Sequence record: MF319184.1
Strand: one strand, 5' to 3'
Length of the DNA stretch: 24,000 bases
DNA from: Mycobacterium phage GenevaB15
Shown: positions 1-8,198 of the stretch, one piece after another
How positions within the stretch are numbered: position 1 is the first letter of the stretch
Layout of the letters: every line of letters starts with the position of its first letter
Translations under genes and position numbers: made by a program
The notes under the pieces: generated by a model
Told to the model about the DNA's origin: nothing
Databases searched by the model: none
What the model saw: the letters and a program-made list of their open reading frames with translations, nothing else

Positions 1-13
1 GATCGCAGATTGC

Positions 14-349
14 TTGCGAGATGCACTGTGTGACCCCAACATTCAGCGCGCACCACTGTGGGGAGCCGTCGACAAGGGCGACATAGTTAACGTGAGGATC
101 GACGGGCATGACTTAGTTATACAGACTAAGAACGTAACCAAATTAGATCTTCCCAAAGGCGTCGGAGACGCTAAAGTTCAAGCGGTGAACGCAGAGGCTC
201 TCGCGGGCCTGTTCATTCACAAGCGGCACGGCAAGGGCGACCCCATGGACCAATGGGTTAGCTGTACGGTCGCAGAGTTAGTAGCACTAATCACCAAGGT
301 GCCGGTACACGCCCGCACTGCGGAAGGGATAGAGGGGAGGCGGGATTGA
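14..349 (+). CDS. hypothetical protein
   Basis: ORF of 111 aa, stop overlaps the next start (GTGA/ATGA style packing); start may lie elsewhere because it is at the window edge. Confidence 0.6.
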   Translation: MRDALCDPNIQRAPLWGAVDKGDIVNVRIDGHDLVIQTKNVTKLDLPKGVGDAKVQAVNAEALAGLFIHKRHGKGDPMDQWVSCTVAELVALITKVPVHARTAEGIEGRRD

Positions 350-978
350 CCGCCACACTGGAAGACAGCAGCAACGGATTCGACTGGCGCACCCGGTCGG
401 TATGTACTGCGGAGGACTTCGACATGTCGTTCGACAGTGTCGAGGATCTGATTGAGAACGGCATGGCCAAGGAAGAAGCTCACATCTTCTGCGCCACGAC
501 CGTCGAGCAGGCCAAGGCGGTATGCGCCCGCTGCCCTGTGATCAGTCAGTGCCGGGACGACGCATTCTCCCGTGACGAGGAGTACGGCGTCTGGGGCGGA
601 ATGGCCCCCCAGGAGCGCAAGCAGGAGCGCAAGGTCTGGCTCCAGCTCCGTGTAGGCCCCGCAGTTCCCGAGGTCGTCGGGGAGGTTACAGACCCCGATG
701 CGCTCAGCTCGAATCCCGCTGCGAATGCGAAGCTCACTCGCCGTAACGAGCGTGCCCGCATCGCCCGCGATCTGATCCTCCTCCAGCCGCATGACTGGAA
801 GACCTGCACGCCCAAGCAGAACGGGACTCGTACCCGCGAGCAGCACCTGCAGGTCATGGACATGATCCTGGCCAGTCCGAGTGCAACGGCTGAGCAGATC
901 GCAAACCGCATCGGCAAGCGCGGGGAGTACGTGAACTCCATGCTCCGCGAAGCCTGTGCGGCGCTCGACATCGCGTAG
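346..978 (+). CDS. WhiB-like transcriptional regulator with C-terminal extension
   Basis: Four-Cys WhiB pattern (SVCTAEDF ... FCATTVEQAKAVCARCPVISQC) followed by GVWGGM. Confidence 0.9.
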   Translation: MTATLEDSSNGFDWRTRSVCTAEDFDMSFDSVEDLIENGMAKEEAHIFCATTVEQAKAVCARCPVISQCRDDAFSRDEEYGVWGGMAPQERKQERKVWLQLRVGPAVPEVVGEVTDPDALSSNPAANAKLTRRNERARIARDLILLQPHDWKTCTPKQNGTRTREQHLQVMDMILASPSATAEQIANRIGKRGEYVNSMLREACAALDIA

Positions 979-988
979 CGCCATCCTC

Positions 989-1028
989 AAGGGCGGGGAC
1001 TGGATTTTCGGATTCGGTTCCCGCCCTT
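989..1028 (+). terminator. possible rho-independent terminator after the WhiB gene
   Basis: AAGGGCGGG ... CCCGCCCTT inverted repeat; downstream tract GGTGTTT is only weakly T-rich. Confidence 0.45.
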
Positions 1029-1059
1029 GGTGTTTCACTGACACGAACAAGGTAGTACA

Positions 1060-1227
1060 ATGCTTGGTACAATGGAAGTGACCGAAGTTGAGCCGCGCTC
1101 CTTCGGTACCCCCGTAGATGAATCTGTGACGCCGTCCGAAGCGCCTGCCTACGGGGGTTCTTCTTATTCGGACACTCCCATCATTTTCTGCCGCCGCCGT
1201 CGGCTGTGGCGTTCCGCCTGGCTCTGA
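1060..1227 (+). CDS. small hypothetical protein (55 aa)
   Basis: Open frame MLGTMEVTEVEPRSFGTPVDESVTPSEAPAYGGSSYSDTPIIFCRRRRLWRSAWL; too short for the supplied track. Confidence 0.3.
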   Translation: MLGTMEVTEVEPRSFGTPVDESVTPSEAPAYGGSSYSDTPIIFCRRRRLWRSAWL

Positions 1228-1240
1228 CCAGGCAATTCCT

Positions 1241-1252
1241 TCCTGTAATCAC
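1241..1252 (+). promoter_or_regulatory. intergenic 12-mer TCCTGTAATCAC (copy 1)
   Basis: One of five TCCTGTAATCRC copies in intergenic gaps. Confidence 0.55.
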
Positions 1253-1277
1253 CTCTTACGGCCCCGTACCGTAATGG

Positions 1278-1505
1278 GTGATGAGCGACATTCACTGGGG
1301 CGGAAGCGTTTCCGAGTCTGGACAGATCCAGGTTCTTCAGGAGCAGCTGACCGCTGAGCGTGCCAAGGTGCAGGCTGTCCGCGACCTCGTGCAGGGGTGG
1401 ATGGATGACGCCGGTCCAGACTCTCATGCCGAGAATGTGTTCGGCCAGCAGGTCATTTCGGTCGGCCACATCCACAAGGTGATCATGGGGTTGATCGATG
1501 CGTGA
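1278..1505 (+). CDS. hypothetical protein
   Basis: 75 aa ORF, overlaps next ORF start. Confidence 0.6.
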   Translation: MMSDIHWGGSVSESGQIQVLQEQLTAERAKVQAVRDLVQGWMDDAGPDSHAENVFGQQVISVGHIHKVIMGLIDA

Positions 1506-1956
1506 ACCCGATCTGGTACTGACCCGCAATAACGGCACGGTGTACCTCAACCGTTGGCATGTGATCCCGCGCAACCGGTTCTTCAACATCTACCTGCATG
1601 AGTTTCTGGGCAGCGATGACGACCGGGCGCTGCACGACCACCCATGGTGGTTCGCGAGCCTCATCCTCAAGGGCGGGTATTGGGAGCACCACGAGGACTG
1701 CTGGATGACCTGGCGTGGTCGGGGATCCTTCGCGATCCGCAGGGCGAAGACCGCTCACCGCGTGGAGCTGGACACCACCGTGGACTACGAAGCAGCGCTC
1801 GACGGCACGCCGTTCTTGGAGCTGCAGCGCCGCGAAAAGCCAGCTTGGACACTCGTTTTCACCGGACCCAAGATCCGCTCATGGGGATTCCACTGCCCAC
1901 AGGGCTGGATCCACTGGCGGCGATTCGACAAGCGCAACGGATGTGGAGAGAAATGA
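1498..1956 (+). CDS. hypothetical protein, cupin-like
   Basis: 152 aa ORF with LHDHPWWFASLILKGGYWE ... HCPQGWIHW reminiscent of cupin-type phage proteins. Confidence 0.7.
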   Translation: MREPDLVLTRNNGTVYLNRWHVIPRNRFFNIYLHEFLGSDDDRALHDHPWWFASLILKGGYWEHHEDCWMTWRGRGSFAIRRAKTAHRVELDTTVDYEAALDGTPFLELQRREKPAWTLVFTGPKIRSWGFHCPQGWIHWRRFDKRNGCGEK

Positions 1957-2276
1957 CCGAGCAGGAACTCAAGGAACGCGTGCTCAAGCTGCGCCTTGAT
2001 CTGGTCGCTGCCGAGGCTGAGCTGGACGCGTTCCGGCAGTCGGACGCGCACTTCCCCGAGCACACCGTGTTGATCGAGAAGACCACGGACATATGCCCGG
2101 TCGTGCTGGTCCGTACACGCCGGTACCGCGACCGTAATGGGCACGCCGTCGCAGACAAGGGATCTGCGTGGATCGCCATCCATAGGGATGGATCCCACAC
2201 GTTCTACGAGACCCGAGACGACTTCGTCGCCAACCAGGGCGGCACCGGCACGTTTGAGGAGGTTTACCGCCCGTGA
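1953..2276 (+). CDS. hypothetical protein
   Basis: ATG overlapping upstream stop (ATGA); MTEQELKERVLKLRLDLVAAEAELDAF... coiled-coil N-terminus. Confidence 0.7.
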   Translation: MTEQELKERVLKLRLDLVAAEAELDAFRQSDAHFPEHTVLIEKTTDICPVVLVRTRRYRDRNGHAVADKGSAWIAIHRDGSHTFYETRDDFVANQGGTGTFEEVYRP

Positions 2277-2554
2277 GCGCAGAGATCATCACCGAGGACG
2301 ACGCCCTGGCCGAGATCGAGGCCGAGCAGCGTGAGGCAGGTGTCGAGGCTGACGAGGTCAAGGACCGGCTGAACAAGAATCTCTCCTCCGACGAGGAGAC
2401 GCCGGAAGAGGCTGCGGCCAAGGACAAGTTCCACCGGATCCCGAACCGCACCATGCGGCGCAACCTGACCCGGCTGCGTGGCGAGGTCAAGTCGAACCGG
2501 TCCCGTATCCGCCGCCGCGTCTACCGCGTCCGCGACTACTACGAGGCCAAGTGA
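2273..2554 (+). CDS. hypothetical protein
   Basis: 93 aa GTG-start ORF in overlapping operon. Confidence 0.65.
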   Translation: MSAEIITEDDALAEIEAEQREAGVEADEVKDRLNKNLSSDEETPEEAAAKDKFHRIPNRTMRRNLTRLRGEVKSNRSRIRRRVYRVRDYYEAK

Positions 2555-2736
2555 GCCCGACTCTCAGCCCCGAGCACACCAACGTGCGCCTGGCCATCCG
2601 TGACCATCTGGTCCAGCAGCGTGCCGATCTTCTGCGGGAGCAGCGCGAAGCCGAGTTCAAGGTCAAGACGCACACGGTCGCCATCGAGGCCACCACGGAC
2701 ATCATCGACGCAATCGACAGGATCGGACAGAAGTGA
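2551..2736 (+). CDS. hypothetical protein
   Basis: 61 aa GTG-start ORF in overlapping operon. Confidence 0.6.
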   Translation: MSPTLSPEHTNVRLAIRDHLVQQRADLLREQREAEFKVKTHTVAIEATTDIIDAIDRIGQK

Positions 2737-3326
2737 GCGCAGGCGAAGTCATCACCACCAGCAGCACTGGTGCGCAGAAGGCGGGGAACCTCGAGCGGTT
2801 CGACCTGATCCCCGTCGAGGCCCAACGCGAGCTGGCCGAACACTTCGGTCGCGGCGCACTCAAGTACGCCGACCGCAACTGGGAGAAGGGCTACGAGTGG
2901 GGCAAGTCCTACGCAGCCCTGTGCCGTCACCTGACGCAGTTCTGGGCCGGTGAGGACATCGACCCCGAGACCGGGTCGAAGCACATCATCGCGGTCGCCT
3001 GGCACGCATTCGTGTTGGCCACCTTCATGGATCGGTTCCCTGAGTTCGATGACCGTGCGGTGGTCGGAGCGAAGATCGTCGCCGCCATGGACGCGATGAC
3101 CGGTGGGGATCCCCGTGAGACCACCACACTGGAGCCCGAGTGGACCCGTAAGTACGAGTGGTGCGTCAACAACGACAGCCAGTATCCGTACAAGTGGCGT
3201 GAGGGAGACCGTGGCGAGGGCTGGTACTTCGAGTACCCCGCCGACAGTGGCAACTGGAGCTGGTCCACTGAGAACCGCAATCCCGGCGCGAACCTCAACT
3301 TGTACGACCGGTACACCCGAGTGTGA
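2733..3326 (+). CDS. predicted dATP/dGTP diphosphohydrolase (DUF5664/MazG-like)
   Basis: Motif pattern RFDLIPVEAQRELAEHFGRGALKYADRNWEKGYEW ... HLTQFWAGEDIDPETGSKHIIAVAWHAFVLA typical of this family. Confidence 0.75.
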   Translation: MSAGEVITTSSTGAQKAGNLERFDLIPVEAQRELAEHFGRGALKYADRNWEKGYEWGKSYAALCRHLTQFWAGEDIDPETGSKHIIAVAWHAFVLATFMDRFPEFDDRAVVGAKIVAAMDAMTGGDPRETTTLEPEWTRKYEWCVNNDSQYPYKWREGDRGEGWYFEYPADSGNWSWSTENRNPGANLNLYDRYTRV

Positions 3327-3478
3327 TCACCGCCGCTGTCGCGCTGCTGTCACTCCTCCTTGGGGTGGCAGTGGCCGACCTGGTCGCACAGGCCGTAATC
3401 ATCTGGAAGATCAACGATCTCGCTTCCTGTAATCACCCTGGAACGCGAGATACGTTGTCGGATATGGAGAATCAATGA
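3323..3478 (+). CDS. small single-TM hypothetical protein (51 aa)
   Basis: MITAAVALLSLLLGVAVADLVAQAVIIWKINDL...; GTG start overlaps previous stop, stop overlaps next ATG. Confidence 0.55.
   Translation: MITAAVALLSLLLGVAVADLVAQAVIIWKINDLASCNHPGTRDTLSDMENQ
3425..3436 (+). promoter_or_regulatory. 12-mer TCCTGTAATCAC (copy 2)
   Basis: Upstream of the exonuclease gene, within a small ORF tail. Confidence 0.5.
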
Positions 3479-4275
3479 GCGCCAAGATCCTGGTACTCGA
3501 CATCGAGCGTCAGTCGGCCCTCGTTGACGGCGTGTGGGAGGGCAAGCAGTTCTCGACATGGGTCGACCCGTCCCGTGTCATCGAACCCGCCCGCACCATC
3601 TGCTTTGCCTACCAGTGGCTCCACGAAGGCAAGACCCGCTTCGTGTCCGAGTGGGACGGCGGATTCCAGCAGGACAACCAGGCTCACACGCCTGGTGGTG
3701 GTCATCAGCTGATGATCCAGAAGGCCCGCGACCTGTTCGATGAGGCCGACTACATCGTCGGATTCAACTCGAAGAACTTCGACGTGAAGTACCTCCGCGC
3801 CGACATGTGGATGTACAACCTGCTGCAGCCAGCTCCGCACACCGACATCGACCTGATGCAGCAGGCCACCAAGAACTTCAAGCTGTACGCCAAGTCGATG
3901 AAGTACCTGGCCAAGGTGAAGGCCATGGAGGGCAAGGAGCAGACCGAGAAGGGGCTGTGGCGCAAGCTGCGGTTCGCCGACGGTGACGTTCTTCGCCGCG
4001 CTCAGCGCTCCATGAAGAAGTACAACATGCGCGACGTGGACCAGACCATCGAGATCTTCGAAGACATGCGTGGCTGGCTGTCGGGCATGAACCTGGGCCT
4101 CTACGAGAACGGGCTGGGTCCGTTCTGCCCGAACTGCGCCTCGGAGGACATCCAGTACCGAGGGTGGGCCGGGAACCGTACGTACAAGTATCGCCGCTTC
4201 CAGTGCAACAAGTGCGGCAAGTGGGGCCGGGACTCCAAGTCGTTCGAGTCCATCTCCGCTCTCGGAATCGCTTAG
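3475..4275 (+). CDS. DnaQ/PolB-like 3'-5' exonuclease (RNase H fold) with C-terminal zinc ribbon
   Basis: ILVLDIER (ExoI-like), FNSKNFDVKYL (ExoII-like), C-terminal CPNC...CNKC. Confidence 0.75.
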   Translation: MSAKILVLDIERQSALVDGVWEGKQFSTWVDPSRVIEPARTICFAYQWLHEGKTRFVSEWDGGFQQDNQAHTPGGGHQLMIQKARDLFDEADYIVGFNSKNFDVKYLRADMWMYNLLQPAPHTDIDLMQQATKNFKLYAKSMKYLAKVKAMEGKEQTEKGLWRKLRFADGDVLRRAQRSMKKYNMRDVDQTIEIFEDMRGWLSGMNLGLYENGLGPFCPNCASEDIQYRGWAGNRTYKYRRFQCNKCGKWGRDSKSFESISALGIA

Positions 4276-4283
4276 GAGACAAC

Positions 4284-4526
4284 ATGACCGTTGAGATCGC
4301 CGCATTCGCGCCCGCATCCGTCGACATCGTCGCACTGTGGCCCATCGGCTTCGACTGGAACTTCCACAACGTCCCCGTCGACCGGCTCGATGAGTTCTTC
4401 GACTACATGGCCAGCGAAGACGGCAAGCAGATCCGCAAGAACGTGATCGCGCAGTGGCTGCTCGCTTCGGGCGGTTGCACTGTGGCCGAGTACAACTCGG
4501 TTGTGCGTGAGGTTCTGGCACCGTGA
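4284..4526 (+). CDS. hypothetical protein
   Basis: Start MTVEIAAFAPASVDIVALW; overlapping stop/start with next ORF. Confidence 0.65.
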   Translation: MTVEIAAFAPASVDIVALWPIGFDWNFHNVPVDRLDEFFDYMASEDGKQIRKNVIAQWLLASGGCTVAEYNSVVREVLAP

Positions 4527-4738
4527 GCATCCGCACCGAGGACATCCCGCTGATCAAGCAGCTCGAGGACGTGCTGGTGGGGGAGTTGGACCGCCAGTAC
4601 CTCGATGGTGAGATCGAGTCCGACTCCACCGGTTCGGCTCACTTTGACGCTGTCGACGGTGAGATCACCGGCAAGCCCGACTGGTTCAAGGTCGTCAGGG
4701 CGGTCGTGGAAGCGCTATGGGAGGAAGAGGGTCGATGA
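4523..4738 (+). CDS. hypothetical protein
   Basis: 71 aa GTG-start ORF. Confidence 0.65.
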   Translation: MSIRTEDIPLIKQLEDVLVGELDRQYLDGEIESDSTGSAHFDAVDGEITGKPDWFKVVRAVVEALWEEEGR

Positions 4739-4842
4739 GCACGATCTTCGCAGCGCTGCTACTGATCGTCCTGCTGAGTCTCGGAGCGGTCGTGATCGGG
4801 GTTGGCATCGCCAGCCTGGTCCTGGGGCTGGAGCGCCGCTGA
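4735..4842 (+). CDS. small membrane peptide (35 aa)
   Basis: MSTIFAALLLIVLLSLGAVVIGVGIASLVLGLERR; ATGA overlaps on both sides. Confidence 0.5.
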   Translation: MSTIFAALLLIVLLSLGAVVIGVGIASLVLGLERR

Positions 4843-5024
4843 TGACCAGCCTGTTCATGCTCTTGGGCTGCGCCCTCGCCTTCACAGGTATGGGCATCTT
4901 CATCTACGACGCGGCCACGATGCCGGTCGCGCCGCCGCCCATCGAGATCATCGTCATCCTCGTACTCATCTTCGGTGGCCTACTCACCATGGTGGGCGCG
5001 CTGATCAGCGAGGCATCCCGCTGA
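4842..5024 (+). CDS. small two-TM protein
   Basis: MTSLFMLLGCALAFTGMGIFIYDAATMPVAPPPIEIIVILVLIFGGLLTMVGALISEASR. Confidence 0.6.
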   Translation: MTSLFMLLGCALAFTGMGIFIYDAATMPVAPPPIEIIVILVLIFGGLLTMVGALISEASR

Positions 5025-5086
5025 TGGCCATCGTCGCCGCCTACATCCTCATCATCTGCATCCTCTACCGCGTACTTAGTCCCTAG
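5024..5086 (+). CDS. very small membrane peptide (20 aa)
   Basis: MAIVAAYILIICILYRVLSP; tightly coupled to upstream ORF (TGATGG). Confidence 0.35.
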   Translation: MAIVAAYILIICILYRVLSP

Positions 5087-5094
5087 GAGTAACC

Positions 5095-5613
5095 ATGACC
5101 ATCTGGAAACCGGTCCCGCACATGGCCTTCGCGGACTACGAAGCCTCCAACGAGGGCGAGATCTTCCTCAAGGAGTACGAGCGCCAGTTCTCCACGAAGA
5201 ACAAGTCGTGGACGAAGACCTACGGCGGCAAGACCCTACAGCAGCGTATCCGCCCCACCGGCCTGTCTGCGGGCAAGCACCCCGTCGTGGGCGTCCGCAC
5301 CTCGACTGGTGGCTCCAAGGAGAAGCGAGTCGCGCTCCTGGTGGCCTCCGCATTCCACGGGCTGCCGTACGACCCCGAGGACAAGAGCGACCTGCAGCAG
5401 TGGCGTCTGGTCTTCATCGACGGCGACACCCGCAACTGCCGACCGGAGAACCTCGAGTGGGCTCGTGCCATCACGGGTGACACCGCCGACTTCTACGACC
5501 AGAACCGTCGGGCGTGGGAGGCAGCCAAGAAGGAGTCCGCAGTCGACTTCAACCGGCGCATGTATGGCGACGACTTCGATGAGGACGAGTGGGATGCGCT
5601 TCAGGCGGCGTAA
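5095..5613 (+). CDS. NUMOD4/HNH-like protein, probably with degenerate HNH motif
   Basis: DYEASNEGEIF ... VALLVASAFHGLP ... RLVFIDGDTRNCRPENLEW resembles HNH homing endonucleases but the usual catalytic His in VNHIDG is absent. Confidence 0.6.
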   Translation: MTIWKPVPHMAFADYEASNEGEIFLKEYERQFSTKNKSWTKTYGGKTLQQRIRPTGLSAGKHPVVGVRTSTGGSKEKRVALLVASAFHGLPYDPEDKSDLQQWRLVFIDGDTRNCRPENLEWARAITGDTADFYDQNRRAWEAAKKESAVDFNRRMYGDDFDEDEWDALQAA

Positions 5614-5713
5614 GTCCCGGCGTCGAATCGACTGGGATGGCGTACTGGACGACCTGATCGAGATCTTCACCTTCGCATGGGTGTTCACGCTTCTCGATAA
5701 CTTACTTGATTAG
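5594..5713 (+). CDS. small hypothetical protein
   Basis: MRFRRRKSRRRIDWDGVLDDLIEIFTFAWVFTLLDNLLD. Confidence 0.45.
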   Translation: MRFRRRKSRRRIDWDGVLDDLIEIFTFAWVFTLLDNLLD

Positions 5714-5720
5714 GAGAGAC

Positions 5721-6026
5721 ATGAGCGACAACTACCTGATGATCCATGGCGCGTCCGATGACCTGATCGAGGTTTCGGGTCGCGTCACTGAGGAGTTCGA
5801 CTGCCCCGGTAGGGGTTTGGTTGAGGTGTTCATCCGTAACGATGGCCGCTTGGCTGTGTTCACTGTGGCCGTGAGGCTTGACGGGGTGTGGCTGGTTTCC
5901 GTTGCAGCCGCCGCGAACGACTTCTCGGTTGAGGTGGAGTACACCCAGCGCCCTGACCGTGACGAGGACGCTGCAGTCGTCTTCACCTTGGCTCCTGACG
6001 ACGAGGTTGAGGTGAGGCTGGTATGA
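5721..6026 (+). CDS. hypothetical protein
   Basis: ATG preceded by GGAGAG; 101 aa. Confidence 0.65.
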   Translation: MSDNYLMIHGASDDLIEVSGRVTEEFDCPGRGLVEVFIRNDGRLAVFTVAVRLDGVWLVSVAAAANDFSVEVEYTQRPDRDEDAAVVFTLAPDDEVEVRLV

Positions 6027-6205
6027 GCTACCGCTATGCCAAGTACATCCTGATCAGTGATGATCGTGTCGATGAGCGCGTGTTCCGTGTCCTCGGTGCC
6101 GCGAAGGGGATCCGCACCCGCTACTACAAGGGCAAGGGCGACATCTATGAGGTCGTGGCCGGTGAGAGCTGGGAGCCGCGCCTAGAGCTGGTGGACAGCC
6201 AGTGA
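6023..6205 (+). CDS. hypothetical protein
   Basis: 60 aa, overlapping operon ORF. Confidence 0.6.
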   Translation: MSYRYAKYILISDDRVDERVFRVLGAAKGIRTRYYKGKGDIYEVVAGESWEPRLELVDSQ

Positions 6206-6387
6206 GTGATGCACGGATCGTCCTGACCATCGACTACGAACCGAATCTCGACCACTACCCCGATCACATCACCACGAAGCGTGATGCGATGGAGTTCGAC
6301 GTGCAGCAGGTGTTGGACGGCAATGTATCCGACGAGGATCTGTTTAGCGCCGCCGACTGTCTCGACTGGGAAGTGGTGGACCGCTAG
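6202..6387 (+). CDS. hypothetical protein
   Basis: 61 aa GTG-start ORF. Confidence 0.6.
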   Translation: MSDARIVLTIDYEPNLDHYPDHITTKRDAMEFDVQQVLDGNVSDEDLFSAADCLDWEVVDR

Positions 6388-6623
6388 TGAGCGACGTAGC
6401 GGTGATGGCCGCGATCATCGAGCAGAAGGCCGTCGGCAAAGACATCATGGAGCGCGTCTACCGTGCCACGACCAAGTCGGCGAACTCAGCCGCACAGGCT
6501 CTGTACGACGCCGGATTCCGTATGGTGGCCCAATCGGTTGACCAGTCTCAGAATGAGCGCCTGCAGGCCATTGAGAGCCGCCTGGACCGCATTGAGGGAT
6601 GGACGGGCACAACACTCATATGA
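6387..6623 (+). CDS. hypothetical protein
   Basis: 78 aa GTG-start ORF. Confidence 0.6.
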   Translation: MSDVAVMAAIIEQKAVGKDIMERVYRATTKSANSAAQALYDAGFRMVAQSVDQSQNERLQAIESRLDRIEGWTGTTLI

Positions 6624-6880
6624 GCCTGATCATGCCGATGATGATCGGCCACCAGACCATCGGCTCCATCGTCATCAGCCGCCTGGAGAAGCTCTCCGAC
6701 AAGGACACCTACCTGTACGAGTGGGAGGTGTTCATGAAGGAGGGTCGCAACCTTCGCGGTGAACGCGAGCAGGAGCACTACACCGGCACCGTTGAGCATG
6801 ACTACGACGACGGCGCTGTGAGGTTGATTCAGAAGGTGATGGAGAAGGTTCCCCATCCTGAACGAAAGGAAGTCGCATGA
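6620..6880 (+). CDS. hypothetical protein
   Basis: MSLIMPMMIGHQTIGSIVISRLEKLSDKDTYLYEWEVFM...; ATGA overlap with upstream ORF. Confidence 0.6.
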   Translation: MSLIMPMMIGHQTIGSIVISRLEKLSDKDTYLYEWEVFMKEGRNLRGEREQEHYTGTVEHDYDDGAVRLIQKVMEKVPHPERKEVA

Positions 6881-7122
6881 CCACACGACGCGAGAAGGCC
6901 CGCCAGAAGTACAAGGCCCGCTACGGATCTGCACCGTCGAGCGATTCGACACTGAGCAACTTCATGGCCACCATGGCGGCGTCCGAGTTCTACGGCTGTT
7001 CGGACTACATCAGTGGCAGCAGCTACGACAGCGGCTCGTCGTACTCGCCCAGCTACGACTCGGGCAGCTCATACAGCGACTCGGGCAGCAGTTCCTTCGA
7101 CGGCGGAAGCTGCAGCTTCTAG
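6877..7122 (+). CDS. Ser/Gly/Tyr-rich low-complexity protein
   Basis: SGSSYDSGSSYSPSYDSGSSYSDSGSSSFDGGSCSF C-terminus. Confidence 0.65.
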   Translation: MTTRREKARQKYKARYGSAPSSDSTLSNFMATMAASEFYGCSDYISGSSYDSGSSYSPSYDSGSSYSDSGSSSFDGGSCSF

Positions 7123-7139
7123 CTGGTCGCGTAACACTG

Positions 7140-7181
7140 AAGTCCTCTCTCCCATGAGATAATTGGGGGAGAGGACTTTTT
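7140..7181 (+). terminator. strong rho-independent terminator
   Basis: AAGTCCTCTCTCCC-ATGAGATAATT-GGGGGAGAGGACTTTTT. Confidence 0.9.
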
Positions 7182-7184
7182 GCA

Positions 7185-7508
7185 TTGCCGACATCCAGTA
7201 AGAACGGCCCGCGTTCCCGAGGCCGCACTGGTGGGAAGTACGAACGGGCGAAGTGGCGCGTCCTGAAAGCAAATCAGATCTGCGCCCACCCCGACTGCCG
7301 CAAGCTCATCGACCTGGACCTGAAGTGGCCGGATCCCCTGAGCCCCACCGTGAACCACATCATCCCCGTCAAGGATCTCGCGTGGGACGACCCACTCACC
7401 TACTCGGTCGAGAACCTTGAGCCCATGCATCTCGTATGCAATCAGCGTCTCGGCGCTGGACCGCGAAAGAAGCAGAAGCACCAGCGATCCCGCAATTGGC
7501 GGGAGTAA
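7185..7508 (+). CDS. HNH endonuclease
   Basis: C-x4-C ... VNHIIPVKDLAW ... NLEPMHLVCNQRLG; TTG start likely. Confidence 0.85.
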   Translation: MPTSSKNGPRSRGRTGGKYERAKWRVLKANQICAHPDCRKLIDLDLKWPDPLSPTVNHIIPVKDLAWDDPLTYSVENLEPMHLVCNQRLGAGPRKKQKHQRSRNWRE

Positions 7509-7592
7509 CAGCAAACGCATGTTACACTAGAAGTAGGCGTAAGCAACACGAATGGTGTTGCACAGCAAACATCATTCAAGTTAGGACACCAC

Positions 7593-7802
7593 ATGGCTTC
7601 CCCCGAGAACCCGTTCGTTCCGCTGGACCCATCGGACTACAACCTGTCCGGCTCGGCGGCAGCTGAGACCGCGCTCGAGGGCATCTACAAGCCACTCGTC
7701 GGCGCTGGACCGCATCCCGACCTGACCCTGGCCGAGTTGAATCAGCGATTCGATGGCACCGGCACCGCACCCGCACACACGTTCCCGACGCCACAGAACT
7801 GA
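7593..7802 (+). CDS. hypothetical protein
   Basis: 69 aa ORF, ATG. Confidence 0.6.
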   Translation: MASPENPFVPLDPSDYNLSGSAAAETALEGIYKPLVGAGPHPDLTLAELNQRFDGTGTAPAHTFPTPQN

Positions 7803-7829
7803 TGTTCTGAGGTCATAGGCCCTCACGGA

Positions 7830-7867
7830 GGCCCTCGGTCAGCGAATGTGCTGGCCGGGGGCCTTTT
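7830..7867 (+). terminator. rho-independent terminator
   Basis: GGCCCTCGGTCAG ... CTGGCCGGGGGCC followed by TTTTT. Confidence 0.8.
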
Positions 7868-7873
7868 TGGTTC

Positions 7874-7885
7874 TCCTGTAATCAC
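7874..7885 (+). promoter_or_regulatory. 12-mer TCCTGTAATCAC (copy 3)
   Basis: Directly after a terminator and before the tRNA array. Confidence 0.55.
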
Positions 7886-8059
7886 TTCTGATCGCGGTCT
7901 AATCTTGTTCTTGTCCGGTTCAAGAGGGACCGGAACGAAGCGGTACAGAACGGGAATCCCTCCCAAATCCCATGTCTTTCAGGGGATTCCCACAACTACA
8001 GGGCATGAAGCACCCGGTAGTTACCCGACCATCGGGCCGATGACACCCGGTGGTCACCT

Positions 8060-8131
8060 ATGGGCGTGGCTTGATAGGGAAGCAACGGTCTCCAAAGCCG
8101 TGAAATGCAGGTTCGAATCCTGCCGCCCGTG
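8060..8131 (+). tRNA. tRNA-Trp (CCA)
   Basis: Acceptor ATGGGCG/CGCCCGT, anticodon arm ACGGT-CTCCAAA-GCCGT, T-arm GCAGG-TTCGAAT-CCTGC. Confidence 0.93.
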
Positions 8132-8198
8132 CGTTCGTTCGACCGAACACCTGAATCTTGATAACTACATAGCGATTATGTTTCAAATGTTTTTCAAT

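Noticed and set aside
3472-4629. 385-aa minus-strand ORF opposite the exonuclease gene (and similar antisense frames, e.g. 14491-15099, 19312-20061).
   Set aside because: They oppose well-supported conserved genes and reflect GC-rich codon-position bias.
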